A stretch of DNA of 64,000 nucleotides from Candidatus Dojkabacteria bacterium. GTDB lineage: Bacteria > Patescibacteriota > Dojkabacteria > J137. The stretch is from the NCBI GenBank assembly GCA_030950485.1, contig JAUZRK010000001.1, positions 39,998 through 103,997 on the forward strand, read 5' to 3'. The notes below the pieces were generated by a model that was not told the origin of the DNA, searched no databases, and saw nothing but the letters and a program-made list of their open reading frames with translations. Shown here one piece after another: positions 60,611-64,000 of the stretch. How positions within the stretch are numbered: position 1 is the stretch's first letter; every line of letters begins with the position of its first letter. The position numbers and the translations under genes are program-made.

Positions 60611-61897
60611 CTAATTTCTAAAGACTGCAGTTATCCACTTGTGACTTCTCTTTATATGTCCAATTTTAACTACTTTAAGATCAGCTTTTATAGCTCGATC
60701 TCTCAGTTCATCTTCGCTAAACAAATGATAAAATCTTTCAACATCTCCATATTCTTTATTGTCATTTTTCATTTCTTCACCCTCTCCTTCTCTAACAATC
60801 AGATAAAAAATTCCATCCTCAACCAGAGCTTTTGCAATGTTTGCAAAAACCTTATCAAGCTTGTCGCCTTCAATGTGGTGAAGCGCTCCTCTACTCCAAA
60901 TTCCTTTATATATATTCTCACCTAAATCTCTTTCAACAACATCACAATACTCTACATCAACTCCTGGATTCTCATATTGAGCAATTTCTACCATTCTCTT
61001 AGAGATATCTAATGCTTTCATTGAATATTTTTCTGAAAGATATTTTGTATCAAACCCTGGACCGCAACCAATATCTAGAACTCTAGCTGGTGGATTAACC
61101 ATTGTAATAAACTCATCTAATTGTTCTTGAGCTACTAATTTACCAGCATATGTTTTGTGATAACTAGATGTATGTGCCTCATATGTTTCAGTTGTTCTTT
61201 TCATCCTAGGAGACAGTATAAATGCAGTTTCGTCACCTGTTATGTTCTCAAGCTTACAATGTTGAATCTTTTGCTCATGGTCAGTTAAATGAGCTAGTAC
61301 TTCTTCAGGTGTAGTTGCTTTATAAAGAACTCCAAGTTCCGTCTCGTCTATATATAAAGCCTTTTGAAAAGCTTCTATCAAGTCTTCCCAGAAATCTCCA
61401 AATAATATTACAGGCTTGTGACATCCATAATACAGCTTAGACAAAGCCCAAACTAATCCAAATTCTGATACGGTACCTGTTCCACCCTTACAAACTATAT
61501 ATGCATCTCCTCTTTCGATTAGTCCAAAAGTTCGATTTACATAATTAGAAGAGGCTGATGATTTATCAGTAACATTTGCTAAATTCTTCCCTTCAAAGAA
61601 AGAAGCAAGTTTAGGTTCCCAGTAAACTGCCTGTGTTTCTCCACCAACGCTCTCAGCCCCATCAGTTGCTGCTTTCATTAGCCCTGGACCTCCACCATCA
61701 ACTACTGTGTAACCTCTCTCAGCTAATGCTTTAGAAAGCTCCCACACTGATTTATAAATCGGGTCTCCTTCAGGTATTGCGGAGTCTCCAAAAAAGGTGA
61801 TGTTTTGAATTATTCTATCTCTATCTTTATGTTTAATTGTACTATCATCAGCAGAATCAGCACTATCTTTTCTAGGTAATTTTATATTAGTTGGCAC
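60611..61897 (-). CDS. LOG-family nucleotide-binding domain fused to a class I SAM methyltransferase
   Basis: GGGPGLM and GGTGTVSE (LOG); VLDIGCGPG and ALHH (methyltransferase). Confidence 0.85.
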   Translation of the reverse strand: MPTNIKLPRKDSADSADDSTIKHKDRDRIIQNITFFGDSAIPEGDPIYKSVWELSKALAERGYTVVDGGGPGLMKAATDGAESVGGETQAVYWEPKLASFFEGKNLANVTDKSSASSNYVNRTFGLIERGDAYIVCKGGTGTVSEFGLVWALSKLYYGCHKPVILFGDFWEDLIEAFQKALYIDETELGVLYKATTPEEVLAHLTDHEQKIQHCKLENITGDETAFILSPRMKRTTETYEAHTSSYHKTYAGKLVAQEQLDEFITMVNPPARVLDIGCGPGFDTKYLSEKYSMKALDISKRMVEIAQYENPGVDVEYCDVVERDLGENIYKGIWSRGALHHIEGDKLDKVFANIAKALVEDGIFYLIVREGEGEEMKNDNKEYGDVERFYHLFSEDELRDRAIKADLKVVKIGHIKRSHKWITAVFRN

Positions 61898-61964
61898 GGC
61901 TATATACTTAAAATTTTAATTGTTTCTAAGGCATTATGTATGAAGGGGAAGAAAATGTCTAGGT

Positions 61965-61999
61965 TAATCGGCAATTCTCAATAGTCAATTGCCGATTAA
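61965..61999. terminator. Hairpin downstream of rpe
   Basis: TAATCGGCAATT-ctcaatagtc-AATTGCCGATTA. Confidence 0.6.
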
Positions 62000-62000
62000 A

Positions 62001-62669
62001 TTACATATTTAGTGCTAAATCTAATTTCATCCAATCTAACTCAAGATTTTCCGATTTTGAAAAATAAGAACCAACACTAACTCTATCTAGGGCATGTTCT
62101 CTTATTAGTTCTGCAGTTTTTAAATTAACTCCCCCATCTATACTAATTTTCCCCTTGTATCCATTTTCTTTTAAGTACTCTACTCTATCCAAAACTTCAG
62201 GAATAAATTTACCACCCTGAAAGCCTATTTGCACAGTCATCAATTGAATTTCATCAAATTCATTATAAAATTCCAATCCTTTAAATGGAGTTTCAGCCTT
62301 TATACTTAGGGCCAAGCTCAATCTATCACGCTCTTTATAGTCAAGAACTTCTCCTATTTTGGTTTCTTGTTGTAAATAAAAAACGCACTTTTCTAAAAGT
62401 CCTAATTCCTTAAATTTAACAATCTCTTTCAATGGTTCTGAAACCATAAGGTGTATACCAAATTTCAAATCCTCAGGTGTTTTCTTTAAAATTTGTACTA
62501 CTTGATCAGACGCAGTTGTAACATTACCTTCAAATAAGTCATTGGCTATATTAATATCAACATCAACTTGCTTAGCAAAGTTAACATAAAGATTTAACTC
62601 TCCTTCAAAAGTATTTAGATCACTTTCTAATATAGCAGGACTTATAATGATTTTTTTATTATGTTTCAT
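62001..62669 (-). CDS. rpe: Ribulose-phosphate 3-epimerase family protein
   Basis: ISPAIL, HLMV..P, MTV..GFQGGKF, IDGGVN and VGS motifs. Confidence 0.85.
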   Translation of the reverse strand: MKHNKKIIISPAILESDLNTFEGELNLYVNFAKQVDVDINIANDLFEGNVTTASDQVVQILKKTPEDLKFGIHLMVSEPLKEIVKFKELGLLEKCVFYLQQETKIGEVLDYKERDRLSLALSIKAETPFKGLEFYNEFDEIQLMTVQIGFQGGKFIPEVLDRVEYLKENGYKGKISIDGGVNLKTAELIREHALDRVSVGSYFSKSENLELDWMKLDLALNM

Positions 62670-62770
62670 ATGAAAATTGTTTATAGGTAATCTTTCACGT
62701 AAAATCTTTCAACAATCTTACATTTATTCAATAATATACTTGGCAGGGAATAGAATCAAGAGCATTTGAT

Positions 62771-63331
62771 TTAAACAATTGGCGGATACTGTCTATTTTC
62801 TTTTAAATACTTATCAAACTCATCTTCTTTCCATATATTCGCTGGGTTCTCAACATGAGAAAGGAAAAGAATACCGTTTAAATGATCAAGCTCATGCTGT
62901 ATTAAATGGGAGAAAAAACCATCAGCATCTAAAGATCTTTTATTTCCTTTTTGGTCATAGTACTCTATTCTAACCTTTTTCGGTCTATACACTGGACCAT
63001 AAAGTCTATTTTCTCCAGTATTTATAGATAAACAGCCCTCCCATATTAATGACTCCTTTTTATCTAAAATTTTAATATTTGGGTTTATCATGACTTCCCA
63101 CTGATCTCTATATTCATCCTCTAGGTCCGTTCTTTTAACAACAAAAACTCTCTTTAGTACTCCGATCTGTACTGCTGATAATCCAGCGGCATCTTCGAAA
63201 TTAGCCTTACATGTATCGAGTAGATCTTTAATTAGGCTCCTAGTTTCTTTAGAATCTATATCTGCTCTTTCAACTTTTACTGATTCTTTAAGCAGTCTTT
63301 TGTCTCCTATTTGTATTATTTCTTTAATCAT
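62771..63331 (-). CDS. def: Peptide deformylase
   Basis: GLSAVQIG, EGCLS and QHELDHLNG motifs. Confidence 0.97.
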   Translation of the reverse strand: MIKEIIQIGDKRLLKESVKVERADIDSKETRSLIKDLLDTCKANFEDAAGLSAVQIGVLKRVFVVKRTDLEDEYRDQWEVMINPNIKILDKKESLIWEGCLSINTGENRLYGPVYRPKKVRIEYYDQKGNKRSLDADGFFSHLIQHELDHLNGILFLSHVENPANIWKEDEFDKYLKENRQYPPIV

Positions 63332-63709
63332 TTTTTTAAATAATATAGCTAATTATAACCTATAAACTTAGTAAATCATGATAAAAAGTACTTTTTACAG
63401 AGAAAAACATCCTATGTTAAATGTATGTGGGTGATATTCTAAGTAGAGCCCTCATATTTAGAGTCTATATACTTGCTTGAGCTACTATAAACGCCAGATA
63501 CTCAGTACATATAGTGCTTTTAGCAGAGCTGGACATAATGCCCACCCTATAAGCTTTTAGTTACCTGCAGCTTATATAAATTTCAACAGTTACATTAATT
63601 TCAAAACCCATCCAGCCCTCTAGTATTGACAATTACCTGATTTATTCATAAACTTGAGTATAAGTTGAAGTTTTCAATTTAGATTTATTTTATTTATTAC
63701 TAATTTAAG

Positions 63710-63985
63710 ATGAACAAATCAGATTTAGTAGAATACATTTCTAACAAAACAGGTTTAACAAAAAAAGATGCTAATGCAGCATTAGATGCATTCATGGAAG
63801 CTGTAGTTTCTACAGTATCTTCAGGAAACAGCGTTACAACTACAGGTTTCGGAACATTCACTTTTGTTGACAAAAAAGCAACAACTAAGAGAAATCCAAA
63901 AACTGGAGCGCCAGTAAAGGTTCCTGCTAAGAGAGTTCCAAAGTTCAGACCAGGAAAGGCTTTCAAAGAGTCTGTAAACAAATAA
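63710..63985 (+). CDS. hup: Histone-like DNA-binding protein HU
   Basis: MNKSDLV...GFGTF...RNPKTG...PKFRPGK; TTGACA-N17-TAAACT upstream. Confidence 0.95.
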   Translation: MNKSDLVEYISNKTGLTKKDANAALDAFMEAVVSTVSSGNSVTTTGFGTFTFVDKKATTKRNPKTGAPVKVPAKRVPKFRPGKAFKESVNK

Positions 63986-64000
63986 TCTTAATCGATTAAT

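Noticed and set aside
1-64000. tRNA or rRNA genes
   Set aside because: No cloverleaf or rRNA-like segment was recognised by eye; tRNAscan-SE would be needed to exclude them fully.

Overview
Low-GC bacterial chromosome segment read with the standard genetic code. Several features fit a Patescibacteria/CPR genome, possibly Dojkabacteria (inference): trigger factor lacking its PPIase domain, DUF4012 and PEGA proteins, a VirB4-like ATPase, an archaeal/eukaryotic-type TyrRS, type-2 IDI, Cys-rich LPxTA surface proteins and few Shine-Dalgarno sites. Core content: recF (partial), tig, the rpmJ-rpsM-rpsK-rpsD-rpoA-rplQ-rplM-rpsI cluster, tyrS, infA, fni, a tsaC-tsaE fusion, greA, gatB, trpS, elp3, hisS, rpe, def and hup. 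The main hidden signal is four ribosome-dependent transcription attenuators, none annotated in the ORF track, all apparently on leaderless mRNAs. These are a Tyr-rich leader before tyrS, a Trp-rich leader before trpS, a classical TrpL plus TrpR operator before a decaying trpBA operon, and a YerC/TrpR-family repressor gene whose C-terminal His codons (SHHHSH) overlap a 1:2/2:3/3:4 attenuator upstream of hisS, so the repressor ORF seems to double as the leader peptide. The window also holds a RAYT transposase with a GTAG REP inside its own reading frame, a second REP-like hairpin family (around a DUF559 gene and in-frame in elp3), and many accessory pseudogenes. All RNA structures were read by eye, with no folding or database searches.
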